Part shown: positions 42,630 through 57,419 of the stretch, piece after piece | Position numbering within the stretch: the stretch's first letter is position 1 | Layout: each line of letters begins with the position of its first letter | DNA from: Octopus vulgaris | Taxonomy: Eukaryota | Direction: 5' to 3' | DNA: 64,000 bases | Assembly: GCA_951406725.2 (NCBI GenBank) | Contig: OX597825.1 | Coordinates: 83,514,001 to 83,578,000, forward strand | Program-made: the position numbers and the translations under genes | Notes under the pieces: model-generated | Databases searched by the model: none | Seen by the model: only the letters and a program-made list of their open reading frames with translations | Told to the model about the DNA's origin: nothing

Positions 42630-42822
42630 CAACAACATATCCTTAGAGCAACCAGTATCTGTATTTGCTGGTAGCCTGCGAAATAATGTTGTGGAGAACG
42701 CTTTCTCGTTGCACCGGGTGTTAAAACACATGCAAGTCACTGACAAGCGAGACAACTCACCTCAAATCCCATATAGGAGTGGTGGACATCAATGCTTCGC
42801 CATTTTTGTGGCTCGTCTACAC

Positions 42823-42885
<63 letters not shown>

Positions 42886-43899
42886 CGTGTGTGTGTGTGA
42901 TTGTGTGTGTTTGTGTGTGTCTATTTATTTATATATATATTTATAGATATATACATATATGTGTGCCTACTTGCGTGTGTGTGAGTATGCGCGCTCGTGT
43001 GCGTATGTGTTTATATTCTACTGTATGTGCCTGTGTGTTTGTGCTTCCGTATACCGTCGAACATTTATGTATGGAAGCGCGAGGGTAAAATAAGTACTGA
43101 GTTTGTAATGATCGTCGATTAAAAATCTTTCGTGGCTGTATCTCACCAAGTCTTCATGCCAATATCTAAAACTAGTGAAAGAATAAAAGATTAAAAGAAT
43201 GTAGGTTTCGCTTTTAGAAATGATTCACTCCCCACCCCCTCTTCAGAATTAGCGAGATTTGAATGTGTTTGGAATGGACACATCAGTGTTTGATATAATA
43301 CAAATTATTGAACGATCGCCAACACTTTATTGACTGAGGTACCAAAGACATTATACCATAAAGCGAGTGTCAATTAACTTATTGATGTCCATTTGATCGA
43401 TATCACCAGTTGATATTGGTGAGATCAATACACCCTGCAGCTTCTAATTAGACAAACGTACATGGTTAATGCGATATAGGTTGTGTAACAGAACCGGTAG
43501 ATATCCCTACATGAATGGCTGTGGTTTAACGATCTTAGATTGTGAATTTAATGCGAAGACACGGACAGTGAAATGAAACAGTCCACAAACGTTAGAATAA
43601 TGAAAATCTTTAGCATAGAAGAAGCTGGATAACCGGATATTTGTCTTATATTCTTTCAACTTTGTGAATTGCAATAACGCTAGCATCGACTTTGTACTTT
43701 AACAAATCGAAATCGAGAAACGAAATACTTCTAATATAATTAAGTCGCTCAGTACAATCGACTGTAATTCGCTAATCTAACAGCTTGATGATCCAGCAGA
43801 GCTTTGATCACGTTTTCCACTTACTCTAATCATTCTTTATTTTCCCTATATATTTTACTGTTTAGTCTGGAAGGCGAAGACAGGGTTTAATACTCTGTG

Positions 43900-44690
43900 C
43901 GTCTTTTTTATTTTGTTAATTTCTTTTCGGGGTTTCATAAACCAAAGAGTAAAGCCGGCCACTTATATCATCAAATTATGCAAGTCGATGAAGTTTTTTT
44001 AAAGTCGTTGAATGAGAAGTCAATAGTGGTATGCTGGGCGATGGAGTGAATATAACACCCAAGAACTCAGGAGAGAAAAACAGTAGAACAGTCTAACAAA
44101 TTTGTCATATCTACATTTCTGGAATGGAATTCCATGATATAGATCCAGAAAGACATAAAGGTATATATATATCCTCGTTTGGATTTATCCAGAATGTCAT
44201 AAACTCGTTACCCGTTGCATGAGGGAAACCGCTTCAGAGTGTTTTTATTCTTCAAAATGAACATTATCTCACAATCATGTAATTAATCGATGGTTAATCT
44301 TTGTCAGAGAAGTGAATAATTCCATGTATTTCTCTGAGAAATGATGCCTACATAAGGTGCTACTTCTGCAGAAAGTTCACGCTCATGAAAGATTTGCCAG
44401 TTACTGATCTCAAGTCACCTCTTCGCAAGATAATCGGCTTCGGATGATGTGAATGGCTGACCAGATCTGTAATCTTCTCCGATATCAATTTAAGAATCTC
44501 GTACAATTTGTGACATTACGTATGACACAAACAGTCCACACAACCACCATCGGAATAATTCTGTAAGTGAATTTTTGGTGGTTTCTTTGGGAGAGAGGGT
44601 TGAAACAAGGGATCCTGCAGATAACAACGAAAATCGAAAACATTTGTTTGTAAAGCCCACATCATTACTTCTGTGCGTGTCAATTTTGAT
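43900..44690 (-). pseudogene. Highly decayed mariner-type transposase
   Basis: PKET, LQNYSDGGCVD, DIGEDYRSGQPFTSS (cf. ..DDPRSGRP.T), RELSAEVA (HTH), ATGNE (cf. VTGDE); many stops and frameshifts. Confidence 0.5.
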
Positions 44691-44698
44691 ACTCGGTA

Positions 44699-44771
<73 letters not shown>

Positions 44772-44811
44772 GTGTATACACATACATATATATACAAAAT
44801 ACTTAAACATC

Positions 44812-45195
44812 GTCGCAGGAATGTCTGTGTGGTGTGTAGCATGCTTACCAAACATGGTTCCTGGTTCAGTCCCAATGCGTGTTAGATTGGGCAAGTGTCT
44901 TCTACTATAGCCTCGGACCTTGCAAAGTCTTCTGAATGGATTTGGTAGACGGAAACTGAAAGAAGCCCCTCGTATATATACATGTGTGTGTGCGTTTGTG
45001 TTTGTCCCACAACATCGCTTGGCAACCGATCCTGGTGTGTTTACGTCCTCGTAACTTAGCGGCTCGGCAAAAGAGATGATAGAATAATTGCTAGGCTTAC
45101 AAAGAATAAGTCCCGGGGTCGATTTGCTGGACTAACGGTGGTGCTACAGCATGGCCGCAGTCAAATGACTAAAACAAATATAAGAATAAAAGAAT
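44812..45195 (+). mobile_element. SINE family B, full length
   Basis: Collinear with 38125-38530. Confidence 0.9.
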
Positions 45196-45598
45196 ATATA
45201 CATGTGTATATATCAGTGTATATGTATGTACATGTGTGTGTATGTATGTATGTATGTATGTATGTATGTATGTATGCATGCATGTATGTATGTATGTATG
45301 TATGTATGTATGTATGTATGTATGTATGTATGTATGTATGTATGTATAACGCGTGTATCTATTCTAGAAGGAAAGTGTATTCATTAAACTCAAATCAAAA
45401 AGCCATTGAAGTGTGAAATTCTAGTTAGTTGTAGAAACTCGTAAATGTTTTATACGAATCGATATGTTCCCGCCAGGATATCTCTGGACATATACGAGTG
45501 CATAGCCATACGCGCAGATATATTATAATATACATATGACCATGTGTATGTGTGCGTGCGTGAGAGAATGTGTTTAAGTATATACGGGTGGGTGTGTC

Positions 45599-45634
<36 letters not shown>

Positions 45635-45752
45635 GGTGTGAATGCGTGTAAGTATATATATAAATATATATATATATGCGTGTATGTCTGTGTGCCGGTA
45701 TGTGTGTACGTGTGTTCTTATTTGTGTGTGTGCGTGTGTGAATGTGTGTAAG

Positions 45753-45809
<57 letters not shown>

Positions 45810-45979
45810 GGCTTTGTGTCTTTGTTTGTCGTCCCTCTCACCGCTTGAAAACAGGTGTCCGTTTGTTTACGACCCTGTAAATAAGAGTCTCGGCGAAAGA
45901 ATACAATAGAAACTGTAGACTTTAAGAAAAGTATAGGTACCGCTGTTCATTTCCCTTAAACGTATATATAACAATGATG

Positions 45980-46300
45980 AAGGCCCGTGGCTTAGTGGTT
46001 ACGGTATTCGACTCACGACTGTAAGGTCGTGAATTCAATTCCCGGCGACGCGTTGGGTCCTTCAGCAAGACACCTTATTTCACGTTGCTCCAGTCCACTC
46101 AGCTGGCAAAAATGAGTTGTACCTGTATTTCAAGGGACTAGACTTGCCACACTTTGTGTCACGCTGAATACCCCTGAGAACTACGTTAAGGGTACACGTG
46201 TCTGTAGAGTGCTCATCCACATGCAAGTTCATTTCACGAGGAAGCTGTTCCGTTGATAGCATCAGCTGGGACCCTCATCATCGCAACCGACGGTGTGCTC
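45980..46300 (+). mobile_element. SINE family C, full length
   Basis: GTGGCTTAGTGGTTA A-box, GAATTCAATTCC B-box, GGTCCTTCAGCAAGACACC; collinear with 9918-10240. Confidence 0.9.
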
Positions 46301-46898
46301 TTTATTTATCGCGAGAATCACAACGGTTTCTGTTTTGCATCACAGTTTAACGTGTTTCCGAAAACTGAATCGTTTTCTTAGACATTTCAATCGCAAACTT
46401 ACGACCGTGGACCGCATGAAAAGCAAGCAAAAATTTTGAGAGAAATATTTATAGAACTAGTTTATTAGTAATCGAAAGGTGCCAGAGGTAAATATAATAA
46501 TGGGTTGACAGCCACTTATCTAAGTGGTTCTAGTTTACTTGCTGTATATCGTGCAATGTAACTGAATGTTTGGATATATACGTCTTTCTTTCTACATTTC
46601 AATTGTTTCAGTCTTTAAATTATGGCCATGTTGTGACGGCGTCTTCGCGGATTTAGTCGAACACATCCATCCCAAAGCGAATTTTTCAAGTCTGGTACTT
46701 TTTTCTAAAGGTTTTATCCGCCGAGCTGCTTAATATTGAGGGCTTAGAAATACACACCGTTTGTCATGCGGTGGTGGAGGACAAAACACAATTAGTAATA
46801 CACACATAAACATGCACTCACGCCCACGTGCGTGTGTGCGTATGTATATATATATATATATATATACATACATACGCACACACGCAGGCACACGCAGA

Positions 46899-46951
<53 letters not shown>

Positions 46952-46963
46952 TCATATATATAC

Positions 46964-46999
<36 letters not shown>

Positions 47000-47153
47000 G
47001 GATAGTTCAATTACACATAAAACAAAAGACAAGCGAGGAAACGACCAACAGGTGTATTAGTTTCACGCTCGGGAAGAAGGGAAAAGTCATGGATGTTCTT
47101 AGAAAAAATGTGTGAAATGTGTGGAATGTGCTGAGATTAACGGTTTAACATCG

Positions 47154-47298
<145 letters not shown>

Positions 47299-47302
47299 GT
47301 AC

Positions 47303-47950
<648 letters not shown>

Positions 47951-47954
47951 GCTC

Positions 47955-48664
47955 GGGTCGTCTGCTGCTGGAGAGGACCGATCAGGTAAAGGACCTGGGT
48001 ATCTTGGTGGATTCCTCCTTTTCGCCTTCGGCCCAGTGCGTCCATGCTGCCAACAAAGCGCGCGGAATTCTGTTTTTGATTCGACGGTCATTCGGAATGC
48101 TCACAGCAGCCATATTCCTACCACTCTATGTCACGCTGGTGAGACCCACATTGGAGTATGGGATTCAAGCCTCTTCTCCTTATCTCCTCAAAGACATACA
48201 GCATCTCGAAAGAGTCCAGAGGCTGGCTACTCACATGGTTCATGGTCTCAAAAATTTGTCCTACGAAGAAAGGCTGAGGACGCTCGACCTTTATTCTCTT
48301 GAAAAACGCCGCCGCCGTGGTGATCTCATTCTCGCCCACAACATCATAAGCGGGAAGTGTAACCTCTCGAAAGAGCTGTTCTTCACTCCTGCTCCGGAGC
48401 GTCGGCTGCGGGGTCATTCCGAAAAGCTCTACCTGCGACGATTTCATCTCAATCGAAGGAGAGGAGCTTTCTCCGTCCGGGTTGCGGAACCGTGGAACAA
48501 GCTGCCAGACCAGATGGTGAAGATGCCGACGACCGCTTTGTTCAAAGCCTCCCTGGACCTCAAGTGGCCTGAACTCTTTACATGAACACCACCCTGTACT
48601 TAACTCCATGTCCCCCTACATGGCCTTGCTATTTGCTTTTGAGCCAAATTAACTAACTAACTAA
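47955..48664 (+). mobile_element. 5'-truncated CR1-clade LINE, ORF2 C-terminus with intact frame, 3' UTR and (CTAA)n tail
   Basis: VKDLGILVD...LYVTLVRPTLEYG...LERVQRLAT...LSYEERLRTLDLYSLEKRRRRGDLI...LRGH...FSVRVAEPWNKLP; stop at 48585; tail AACTAACTAACTAAC. Confidence 0.95.
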
Positions 48665-48679
48665 CATATAAACACACAT

Positions 48680-48850
48680 ATACGACGTACTTCTATCAGT
48701 TTCCTTCTCCCAAATTCGTACCCAAGGTCTTAGTCGACACGGGGGCTCTGCTGAATGACCCTTCGCCAAGGTACTACGCAGTGGTAATTAACCCTTGGCC
48801 ATATGGTTCGGAAGCAATCTTCTCACACAGATGCCACACAGCTATGCCTA
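48680..48850 (-). mobile_element. SINE family B 5' half, diverged
   Basis: ATACGACG..CTTCT.TCAGTTTCC..CCAAATTC...GCCAAGGTACTACGCAGTGG. Confidence 0.7.
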
Positions 48851-49293
48851 AAAATGTTGTATTTATGTAAATGATATCATCATAAAAGTTTGGGCAAATT
48901 GACCGATTTCTAAGAACTGTTTTCTTTGTTGAATGCATACAGAGAAAGACAGTTATGTTATCTGAGAAAAAAATATTTCGTTGTCTGAAATGTGCTTATA
49001 CGGTCACCATTCTTATACAAACAAAACGAAATGTTTTTTTCAGATTTTCCCTTCTTATACAAAGAATATTAGAGGTAATTCATTATTCAGTGAGTGTATC
49101 GAGATTGAACTCAAAATCAATAGACCCACAGCAGGGAAGGACAAAATAACATTTCAGAACGATGTGAATGATAACAAACTTTCAGAAAGAGAAGAAAATT
49201 ATCAGATATTTTCCGAAATTCTTGTGTGTCTGATTGTCTATCAGTTAGTAGAAATATCTCTATGATTGTATATATGCGTGTATACATTTATCA

Positions 49294-49331
<38 letters not shown>

Positions 49332-49456
49332 GGTTGTGTGTTCGAAAGTAATTATACGTAAATATATGTGAATATGTATGAACTTATGTATGTATACATA
49401 TATGCATGTGGGTGTTTATCTCTATCTATGCATGAATATATATATGTGTGTGTGTG

Positions 49457-49567
<111 letters not shown>

Positions 49568-49579
49568 GCACATGTGTAT

Positions 49580-49812
49580 AAAGGCGGCGGCTGGCAGAAG
49601 CGTTAGCACGCCAAGCAAAATGCGTAGCCGTATTTCGTCTGTCGTTACGTTCCAGGTTCAAATTCCGCCGAGGCCGACTTTACCTTTCATCCTTTCGGAG
49701 TCGATAAATTAAGTACCAGCTACACACTGGGGTCGATATAATCGACTTATTCCCTTTGTCTGTCCTTGTTTGTCCCCTCTGTGTTTAGCCCCTTGTGGGT
49801 AGTAAAGAAATA
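49580..49812 (+). mobile_element. SINE family A, full-length monomer
   Basis: AAGGCGGCGGCTGGCAGAAGCGTTAGC...GGTTCAAATTCC...AGTAAAGAAATA. Confidence 0.92.
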
Positions 49813-50107
49813 TATATACATGTGTATATATTTGTATATATACGTACACATATAGATAGATAGATACATATATAATGTATATACTTTTACTTGCATACAT
49901 ATAAACCTACATATATATATGCATGCCTGCACGCATACATACATACATACATACATACATACATACATACATACATACATACATACATGCCTACATACAT
50001 ACATACACACATACACACATACATACATACATACATACATACATACATACATACATACATACATACATACATACATACATACATACATACATACATACAT
50101 ACATACA

Positions 50108-50381
50108 ACTAAAGTTGTGGAAATTATCTGCCCAGCGTATCAGGGAAAAAGAGATGAACTACGCTGAACTAATGAGAAATCTTAGTTACTGTATCCAGGT
50201 TACAAGATTTGGTTTATACCCGTAATTTGGGGGCTCTGGGATATGTAACACATTGCCTAAATATTAAACTTGAGAAATTGGGCTACTCAAAGCCAGAAAG
50301 GAGAAAACTTATTCGAAGACCTCAGATCCAAACATCACTGGAACTTCTAGCATCTGCAAAACTTTCCAGAAGGTTATCAAT

Positions 50382-50385
<4 letters not shown>
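50108..50385 (+). pseudogene. 3' end of a second RLE-type non-LTR retrotransposon family
   Basis: VVEIICPA, IREKEMNYAELMRNL, LYPGYKIWFIPVI, GALGYVTHCLNIKLEKLG, ICKTFQK across frameshifts; lies between (TACA)n and (TA)n. Confidence 0.75.
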
Positions 50386-50414
<29 letters not shown>

Positions 50415-50417
<3 letters not shown>

Positions 50418-50834
50418 ATTATATAGAAGGAGCTTCTACAGGACTAGTACTGTTTCATTCAAGAGAAATCTTCAGGAAGCTATTTAACAAGAATTGTATT
50501 AGCATTTATACATTTAGAGGAGTGGTGGTGGGGGACTTTTGGGGGTAGGCATAGCGCAAAATATCATACTTGGGGAGTGGTCAAGGTAATAAAAAAATAA
50601 AAAAATAAAAATAAAAAAATAAAATAAAAGAATAAAAATAAAAAATATAAAAAATATAAAAAATATAAAAAATATAAAAAATATATATATAAAAAAATAT
50701 ATAAAAAAATATATATATATAAAATATATATATAAAATATATATATAAAATATATATAAAATATATATATATAAAATATATATATATATATACATACATA
50801 CACATATATGTGTATGTATGTATATATATGTGTA

Positions 50835-50876
<42 letters not shown>

Positions 50877-51335
50877 TATGTATCTGTATGTAGGAGTATA
50901 TATGTGTGTGTGTGTATGTATGTGCGGGTATATATATATATATATATATATGTATATTTATTGGTGTATATGTATAGACTAGCCTCCTAAAGTGTAGACA
51001 CGAATCTGTAGGTACGAGTACGTATGTGTATATACGTGAACGTATGTAGATGTTTGTATGTATGAATATAACGCGTGCGTACGTGTATGTGTATGAGTGT
51101 ACGAATGGGTGAATGTACGTGCTAATGAGTGTGCGTGCGGGAATGAGTACTTGCCTTCTAGTAGACAGACAAACGGACAAGCAGCTATTGCCAGGATTCT
51201 TAGCCTTAGCGATCAAAGATAACAAAAGTAATAAATGAAGATAATAAAATTAAAATTAGGGAATGGGCCTGTATTGGATTGTATATATATATATGTATAT
51301 GTATATTTGTATGTATGTATGTGTGTATGTGTAGG

Positions 51336-51386
<51 letters not shown>

Positions 51387-51899
51387 AGATATATGTGTAT
51401 GTGCGTATGTGTGTGTAGATACGTATACATGTGTGTATAGGTATAAGTGAGAATCTCCTTATTTACCTATAACTCTTTCCCCCCTTTTTTTATATATATA
51501 TTTTATATATATATTTTATATATATATATTTTTTTTATATATTTTTTTATATATATTTTTTATATTTTTTATATTTTTTATATTTTTTATATTTTTTATA
51601 TTTTTTATTTTTATTCTTTTATTTTATTTTTTTATTTTTTATTTTTTTATTTTTTTATTACCTTGACCACTCCCCCAAGTATGATATTTTGCGCTATGCC
51701 TACCCCCAAAAAGTCCCCCACCACCACTCCTCTAAATGTATAAATGCTAATACAATTCTTGTTAAATAGCTTCCTGAAGATTTCTCTTGAATGAAACAGT
51801 ACTAGTCCTGTAGAAGCTCCTTCTATATAATAAATTAATTTTACTCTGCTATGTATTGAGTACCTTACTTACTGTGGTTAACCCCGAATCAACCCGGGA

Positions 51900-51903
<4 letters not shown>
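50415..51903 (+). mobile_element. Non-autonomous Penelope-like element with ~370-bp inverted terminal arms, each carrying a hammerhead fold
   Basis: 50415-50790 is the reverse complement of ~51487-51834; hammerheads at 50431-50481 (-) and 51768-51818 (+); unique core 50960-51290 repeated at 56130-56460. Confidence 0.85.
51768..51818 (+). ncRNA. Type I hammerhead ribozyme fold with atypical stem II
   Basis: AGCUUC-CUGAAGA-UUUC(UCUU)GAAU-GAA-ACAG(UACUAGUC)CUGU-A^GAAGCU. 6-bp stem I, 4-bp stem III, GUA triplet; U-U at the base of stem II. Confidence 0.65.
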
Positions 51904-51951
<48 letters not shown>

Positions 51952-51954
51952 TAT

Positions 51955-52122
51955 ATACGACGGACGTCTTTCAGTTTCCGTCTACCAAATCCACTCACAA
52001 GGCTTTGGTTGGCCCGAGGCTATATTAGAAGGCCCTTACCCATGGTGCTACGCAGTAAGACTGAACCTGGAATCATGTGGTTGGTAAGCAAGCTACTTAC
52101 CGCACAGCCACTCCTACGCCTG
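51955..52122 (-). mobile_element. SINE family B 5' half
   Basis: TTTCAGTTTCCGTCTACCAAATCCACTCACAAGGCTTTGG...ACAGCCACTCCTACGCCT. Confidence 0.88.
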
Positions 52123-52438
52123 TTAAGTTTCATTTGTTAGATACAGTTACTTTGAGTTTTCTTCAGAAAGAGGTCTGGTTAGTTGGGGTTGGGTGTTAGG
52201 AATGTGGCTTGGGCAGCCCAAAGATGTTTGGGAACCGCTGCATTACGTCTACGAAACAATTCTTAAATCGAACGAAATCATGTTACGCTTGTCCATACAT
52301 CTTCCTATTATTTCGATTATCTCTAATCCAAAATTTGCAATAATTCAATCATGAACAATCGTTTATCAACGAGGAGAGCGTCCGGTTTTGTAAAAATTGC
52401 TCATTTGTTTTTTATCTGTTCGAACGAGCATGTGTGTA

Positions 52439-52494
<56 letters not shown>

Positions 52495-52684
52495 CGTGCT
52501 TGCGTGTCTTTGTGTTCGTGTTTGTCCCCCCACGAACGCCTGACCACCAGTCTTGCTGAGTTTGTCCCCTCGTAACATAGTTGTTCGTCAAAAATCGCCC
52601 GATATAATAAATAGCTGGCATTAAAATATATCCAGTGATCCATTTGTTCGACTAAGACGTTTTCAAGGCGGCGTTCCAGCATCG

Positions 52685-52740
<56 letters not shown>

Positions 52741-52888
52741 TTACTACCCACAAGGGGCTAAACACAGAGAGGACATACAAGGATAGACAATTAAGTCGAT
52801 TATGTCGACCCCGAAAGAATGAAAGGCAAAGTCGACCCGGCGGAATTTGAAATCAGAACGTAGCGGCAGACGAAATACATACGGCGAA

Positions 52889-52920
<32 letters not shown>

Positions 52921-53428
52921 GTGTGTGTGTGATTGTGTGTGTGTATGAGTGGTTCGCGTACGTAACAATTGCGCATAATGATTGAGACCAATAACTAGGA
53001 ACCGAGTGAAATATGTTTTCTTTTGTTGTGCATTGACGTAATATCTTTATGAAGTACGAGATTGGAATGTTGCGAAGTGGCATATGATGTATTCATATCG
53101 TTATAGCCATGATACGTACACCGTCGTCTCGTTATGTAAGAAGCACTAATTGGATTTTAGGTTTGAATGCACAGAATTTGTCTTTCCATGAAAATGGGAA
53201 TGAAGACACAACGACGCTGAGTACACGTGTACTGGTTCAATGATCGGCTGCCTAAGGCCATCGTTTTTTTTACAGAATATTATCTGCTTTGTTTTAGGAT
53301 GTAGTGTTAGAAGATATCAGCTTCGCCAAAGGTGTGGTGTGGCGTGAACACTAAATCTCGTCTGAAGTAACAGCGCGATGCGTCATATTTGATGTGATAT
53401 TTACGGCAAAACACACTACCTGACTAAA

Positions 53429-53844
53429 AAGGCGGGGATCTGGCAGAATCGTTAGCACACCGGGCGAAATGCTTAGCGGTATTTCGCTTGCCGTTACGCT
53501 CCGAGTTCAAATTCCGCCGGGGTCGACTTTGTCTTTCATCCTTTCAGGGTCGATTAAATAAGTACCAATTACGCACTGGGGTCGATATAATGGACTTAAT
53601 CCGTTCGTCTGTCCCTGTTTGTCCCCTGTGTTTAGCCCCTTGTGGGTAGTAAAGAAATAGGTATTTTGTCTGTCGTTTACGTACTGAGTTCAAATTCCTC
53701 CGAGGTCGACTTTGCCTTTCATCCTTTCGGGGTCAATTAAATAAGTACCAGTTAGGCACTGGGGTCGATATAATCCACTTAATCCGTTTGTCTGTCTTTG
53801 TTTGTCTCCTCTATGTTTAGCCCCTTGTGGGTAGTAAATAAATA
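53429..53844 (+). mobile_element. SINE family A dimer bounded by a single 17-bp target-site duplication
   Basis: AAAACACAC(T/C)ACCTGAC at 53408-53424 and 53845-53861; internal junction AAAGAAATAG|GTATTTT at ~53660. Confidence 0.9.
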
Positions 53845-55194
53845 AAAACACACCACCTGACCGAATCCTTGCAACACAGTCGTGTCCAATAAAGAAGTGG
53901 TGTAGTAGGTAGGCATTGGTGGTAAAGCAAGCGATAAGAATAAGTTTATGAATAAGTGCATTAACTGTACACAATCGCTACAGTTAACCTCAGAAATATG
54001 CTCCTTCAAGTATTTAGTCTTCTCGGTTTTTTTATGTCACCTGATCAAGATTCTTTTCACAGAGATTAAAACCAGTACAATGAAATTGCTTAGATTTTGT
54101 TAAAATGTTAACGACATACCTGTGTTTTTGCTCCTTGTAGATGCATGGTTGTTTCTGTTCAATATTTATAAAAGGCAGAAACGTTCAGATCTGAAACGTG
54201 GCAGTTGATGATTGGATGAAAGTTGTTTGTATTATCAATGGTCATCGAACTTCCCGTCCGTTGAACTCTGTTGAATACTTACAACCCCCACCAATTACCT
54301 CTTGCTTTCAGCTTAAATATACATATATGTATGTGGGTGCTCCGTCTGTGTTTGTGTGTGTGTGTCTGTGTGTGTGTGTGTGTGTACTTATCTACCCACT
54401 CGAAACCCGATCGCTATCTTATCTTTTCTTTCTGTCGAACACTCGGTCAAATATAATTGTTTACTTGGCTGTCTAATAATTACTTTATTCAATTCATTCT
54501 CCCAATTGACAGAGAAACACTATATCTCTCTCTAAAACACTCTTTCAACCACAGTTTCCTTCTAAATTCGTATCTGATATTTTTCCAACTGTATATTAGC
54601 AACATTACTTTTACTCAATTATTTCCTATCCCCCAGAGAGCTTACTTTCAGACGTGTATCAACACTGGCCACACTTTTGCCTTCCGAACATATAATGAAA
54701 TATTAGTCAATGTCGACATGGTAATTCACGAAGCTCCAGATTATGTCTATATAACTTAAACAGTTGTATTGACGATTGATATAAAGGCAAAAAGGGATCT
54801 CCGCCGATTTCGATTATGAGTCTTGCAATTGTTCGGTAAAATTAACCGTATGCCATTAAGTTGCTGTGTCGGTGGTTGAATATTCCATGGCAATTGTATC
54901 TTTCTTCCCAGACCTGTCTCTGTCAAATTCTCAACTTTGACCCGTTTGAAATATTTTCAAAAGAAATTTTGCGATTCTGGTTGTGGATAAAAATGACTGT
55001 GGGAACAAATTCAGCAATTTTTGGCAAAATATGTACCTTTTTGCCAGGTTATAACATAAGGTTAGTGAAATATTTAAAATGTTTACAGTTGGATAGATAC
55101 ACAAATATAACAAAATAATTTGACAAAAAATGTGAATTTTTAATTATATTCTGAGATTTTACAAAAACAACAAAAATATTATTAAAAAAATAAT

Positions 55195-55458
55195 AGTTAT
55201 GACGACGAATGTTCCGAACAACGGAACAGCATCTGCGAATTAACCTGCGAGTGACTGAACGCTCCGCAGACACGCGTAAACTTGGCGTAGTTCTTAGGGA
55301 TATTCACCCTGATACAGAATGTGACAAGACTGGCGCTAGCTAAGTGGACAGGAGCAACGTGAAATAGTGTCTTGATCGAGGAAAGAACGCGCTCCCGGGA
55401 ATTATTCACGGCCGTGCAACTGTGAACCAAATACCGTAACCAACATGCTGCGCGCTTA
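55195..55458 (-). mobile_element. SINE family C, diverged
   Basis: GGAGCAACGTGAAATAGTGTCTTGATCGAGG...CCGGGAATT; body matches the reverse complement of 45980-46300. Confidence 0.7.
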
Positions 55459-55714
55459 TAACTGCACCTATAACTTTAAAATATCAGATAGAATCGGTGT
55501 GACTGTGCGTAACAAGTCTGGTACTTTGAGATACTAGAAAACCCCGTTCCGTATACCCAGTTTTAGCAAGACGGAATGGATCGTGCCGATGCTATAATAA
55601 AACATGCTGACCACTACGGCTCATCTATGCTAGTAGCTTTTATATCTGCCGCTAAACGCTGACGTTGTGGCTGACTTCTGTGATGTTACTGATTGATCAA
55701 GCAGAGTTCAGAAG

Positions 55715-56011
55715 TAGGAAATATGTGTGCGTGTATGCGTATACGTGTATGTATGTATGTGTGTGCGTAGATTTGTATATGTATGTGTGAGTGTGTATAT
55801 ATATATATATATATATATACATATATATAGATGGGTGTGTGTATGCGTATAAATGCATGTAAGTATGGATGTATGGATGTATGTATGTATGTATACGTAT
55901 GTATGTGTGTATGTGTGTATGTATATATATATGTGTGTATATATGTTTGTGTATGTATATATATGTGTATGTATGTGTGTGTATATGTATGTGTGTATGT
56001 GTATGTATGTG

Positions 56012-56062
<51 letters not shown>

Positions 56063-57419
56063 TATGTATCTGTATGTAGGAGTATATATGTGTGTGTGTG
56101 TATGTATATGCGGGTATATATATATATATGTATATTTATTGGTGTATATGTATAGACTAGCCTCCTAAAGTGTAGACACGAATCTGTAGGTACGAGTACG
56201 TATGTGTATATACGTGAACGTATGTAGATGTTTGTATGTATGAATATAACGCGTGCGTACGTGTATGTGTATGAGTGTACGAATGGGTGAATGTACGTGC
56301 TAATGAGTGTGCGTGCGAGAATGAGTACTTGCCTTCTAGTAGACAGACAAATGGACATGCAGCCATTGCCAGGATTCTTAGCCCTAGCGATCAAAGATAA
56401 CAAAAGTAATAAATGAAGATAATAAAATTAAAATTAGGGAATGGGCCTGTATTGGATTGTATATATATATATGTATATGTATATTTGTATGTATGTATGT
56501 GTGTATGTGTAGGTATGTATAGGTACACATGTGTATGTGTATGTGTATGTATATATGTGTGTATGTATGTATGTGCACACATGTATATATATGTATGCGT
56601 GTATATGTTTATATATATATGTGTGTACATAGGTGTATGTGGGTGTATGTATATATAGGTGTAAATATGTGTATATAGGGAACTAGGTGTGTTGTGTGTG
56701 CATGAGTGTATGTGCGTATGAATATATATTTTTATGTGTATATATGTATGTGTGGTCGTGGGTATATATATATATATACATGTGTGTATGCGTGCATGCA
56801 TGGGAGTGAGTGTATGCATATATACGTGTGTGTATGTGTAGACAGGTATAGGCATGTGCATGTGTATAAATTTGTATATGTGGGCGGGTGTATGTATGTG
56901 TGTATGTAGATATGTATGTATGTGTGTACATATGTATATGTATATATGTATATATATATATATGTATATATATATGTGTGTGTATATATATGTGTATGCA
57001 TGTATGTGTGTGTAGATACGTATACATGTGTGTATAGGTATAAGTGAGAATCTCCTTATTTACCTATAACTCTATCCCCCCTTTTTTTATATATATATTT
57101 TTTTATATATATATTTTATATATATATTTTTTTATATATATTTTTTATATTTTTTATTTATTTTTTTATTTTATTTTTTTATTTTTTATTTTTTTATTTT
57201 TTATTTATCTATTCTTTCATCTAACTTACCACTGACTCCTTGACCACTCCCCCAAGTATGATATTTTGCGCTATGCCTACCCCCAAAAAGTCCCCCACCA
57301 CCACTCCTTTAAACCTGCCTAAATGTATAAATGCTAATACAATTCTTGTTAAATAGCTTCCTGAAGATTTCTCTTGAATGAAACAGTACTAGTCCTGTAG
57401 AAGCTCCTTCTATATAATA

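Noticed and set aside
42255-42810. Unique segments with open frames and a CAG|GTATGG donor
   Set aside because: No acceptor or recognisable domain; the ORF starts lie within microsatellite.
45980-46050. tRNA-like sequences with A and B boxes (also 9918, 17746, 38125, 49580)
   Set aside because: They continue into SINE bodies, and no convincing cloverleaf could be folded; SINE heads rather than tRNA genes.
52226-52240. GTTTGGGAACCGCTG, a hAT/Charlie-like terminal repeat
   Set aside because: No matching opposite terminus or 8-bp TSD found nearby.
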